Assembly (NCBI RefSeq): GCF_009914755.1 | Contig: NC_060935.1 | Strand: one strand, 5' to 3' | Length of the DNA stretch: 64,000 bases | From: the human T2T-CHM13v2.0 reference genome, Homo sapiens | Shown: piece after piece, positions 62,085-64,000 of the stretch | Layout of the letters: every line of letters begins with the position of its first letter | How positions within the stretch are numbered: position 1 is the first letter of the stretch | Translations under genes and position numbers: made by a program | Notes under the pieces: generated by a model | What the model was told of the DNA's origin: nothing | What the model saw: only the letters and a program-made list of their open reading frames with translations | The model's database searches: none

Positions 62085-64000
62085 CTTCTGCTCTATGGAA
62101 GACTGAACCTAACATTAAATCAGCACATATTGTCTAAATAGGAGTCAAACCAAAACTATTGATTGTTAAAAAAAAAACATTCTGCTAATCAATATAGTAA
62201 GTTACTACTTTAAAAACTCTACTATAGTTCTTGAAATTTTACACAAATGAAAGGCTCAGGGTTATTCATTCCTACCCTCCTAGGTTGGAAATTTTCAAAG
62301 AAGCATGTTTTGGAAAACTTATTTTCTTTAGATGTGTGAGCCTTCGCTGACTTGAAGCTTCAAATGACTTGTCAATTATGCTCATTTCTGTTGGATACTA
62401 TTTTTACAACCCTGTTCAGGGTGGGCCCAACTTGGAAGAAGAACCTCTAATCCCTACCCGAAATAAAACCATCACTAGTAGAGGCACTGCAATTCCTGCT
62501 AACGTTTCTGAGAGCTAGTACAGAGTTGAGTACGTTCAGGAAAAGAATGAAAAAAATTAAGATTCTGCTGAAACCCAGAGGGAAAAATCTTTCTAACTAC
62601 GTATGTTCCCCCAAGTCAACGTAAACACAGTGTTCACTACAAATCATTAACAAAGCCATTAAGATTTGATTTCTATCTAAGCAATTATTGTCAGCATATT
62701 TTGTACATTTCCTTTAAAAGACTCAATCCTATCTTTCAATTCATTAAACTGTTCCCTGCATTTACAGAGTTTTATATCAAATCAGAAACCTATTTGAATT
62801 AATAAGAATTACAGTAAAAGTAATTTGAAAATAAATTATTCGAAGTTCAAGCCACGAAAGCGTTTGATGAAAGAATTTAGTTCTATTTAAATATTACAGT
62901 AACATTTTTAGGCATCCAATGTGCAGACAAGAGACAGTGAGAACCAGGGTCCAAAGAGAGGGGCCCATCAACTGTAGATTTAAGGTTAAGGGTGTGACCT
63001 CTTCAAGACAAATGCAATTCTTTATTTCTGAGACAGGCAAATATCAACCTGCATGAATACTTTAGTATTTATCTAAAATCAAAAGCAATCAATCTGTCTG
63101 CTGTTTACAAAGCCCCTCTTAACCTTTTTGATCCTCTCCATGTCTTGTTACACCAAACAGTTAAGTCAAATATGTTGATTGTCTGCTCCAAAGACTGTCT
63201 ACTTAATGGTGAAAATAATTATGAATGCCAACCATACAGTTCACAGGCTTAGAGATAAAATAAACTAAACCAACTCAACAAATAATGGAGTGAACAAGAA
63301 TATGTGACATTGACCCAAACACTTCATCTGTATCACCTTGTTTTTTATAGAACCCTATGGAATCCAGAATCAATAGAACTGAGTAGAAAGAAATTTGGAG
63401 ATCAACTCTCTCACTTTAGGCCCAGGGAGCAGATAGGCCTGAAATCATATGACAAGCATGAGGCCCAGCCACGAGTAGATGCCAGACCCCCTGACCAAGT
63501 CATCAAGATATTTCTATTCTTGGCTCTTTCTAGATAACACCTTTGATTCATTGCTAATTACAAAAGCAATATGTGCTCAAAGGCTTTTGTTGTTGTTGTT
63601 TTGACAGTTTTATTTTATGTAGCATTTATAACACTGTATCCTATGGCATGGAGATGGTCAGGATCTCAAAAGAATCTTCTGCTATATAATTACTGTTGTG
63701 TCACTTGAGCTTATAAAAGGAAAAATATTTTATTTAATTTAACATTTTATAATCAGTAACAGGTGAGGCAAATTTTTGAATGGCAAGTTTAAGAGTAATC
63801 CTCCTCTGTGCTGGATTTTTCTTCAATTAAAATTGTTGATTTCCCCTGAATACACAACAAAAAATATCATCTGACACAACATTAAGCTATTCATGAATAT
63901 TCTGTATACACGTTCTTGTTTAGCTGACTAATGGCAAATTAACGTTCTCTATTTTCGCTTAAACACATACTATAGGTATGTTTGATTAGCATTGAATTCC

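Noticed and set aside
57288-64000. Recursive splice site of CADM1 intron 1 (the gene is known to be recursively spliced)
   Set aside because: No pyrimidine tract plus YAG|GTRAG seen on the minus strand in this last 6.7 kb; the site presumably lies further upstream.

Overview
Primate, almost certainly human, genomic DNA covering the central part of CADM1 (IGSF4/TSLC1/SynCAM1/Necl-2) on the minus strand. Nine coding exons can be read with exact GT-AG boundaries. Exons 2-7 (147, 153, 138, 159, 100, 173 nt) encode the three Ig domains. Cassette exons 8, 9 and 10 (84, 33, 54 nt) encode the alternatively spliced, O-glycosylated juxtamembrane stalk. Exon 1 (signal peptide) and the transmembrane/cytoplasmic exons lie outside the window. 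The rest is intron containing 5 Alus, MER30, MER47A, an MLT1-type LTR, MIR/L2 relics and microsatellites; nearly all other ORFs in the track are spurious. No new gene or prokaryote-type system is present. The most promising signal is an additional, unproven layer of splicing control. It comprises a candidate 76-nt stop-containing exon in intron 9 inside an RBFOX/PTB/MBNL motif island, candidate 6- and 9-nt in-frame microexons in intron 8, a second stop-introducing donor at exon 10, a Thr-codon repeat that doubles as a NOVA YCAY array, a hairpin occluding the exon 3 donor, and inverted Alus bracketing exons 4-7/8, which would circularise as stop-free ORFs. All cryptic-exon calls are motif-based, chance look-alikes also occur in this window, and I cannot check whether any is already annotated.
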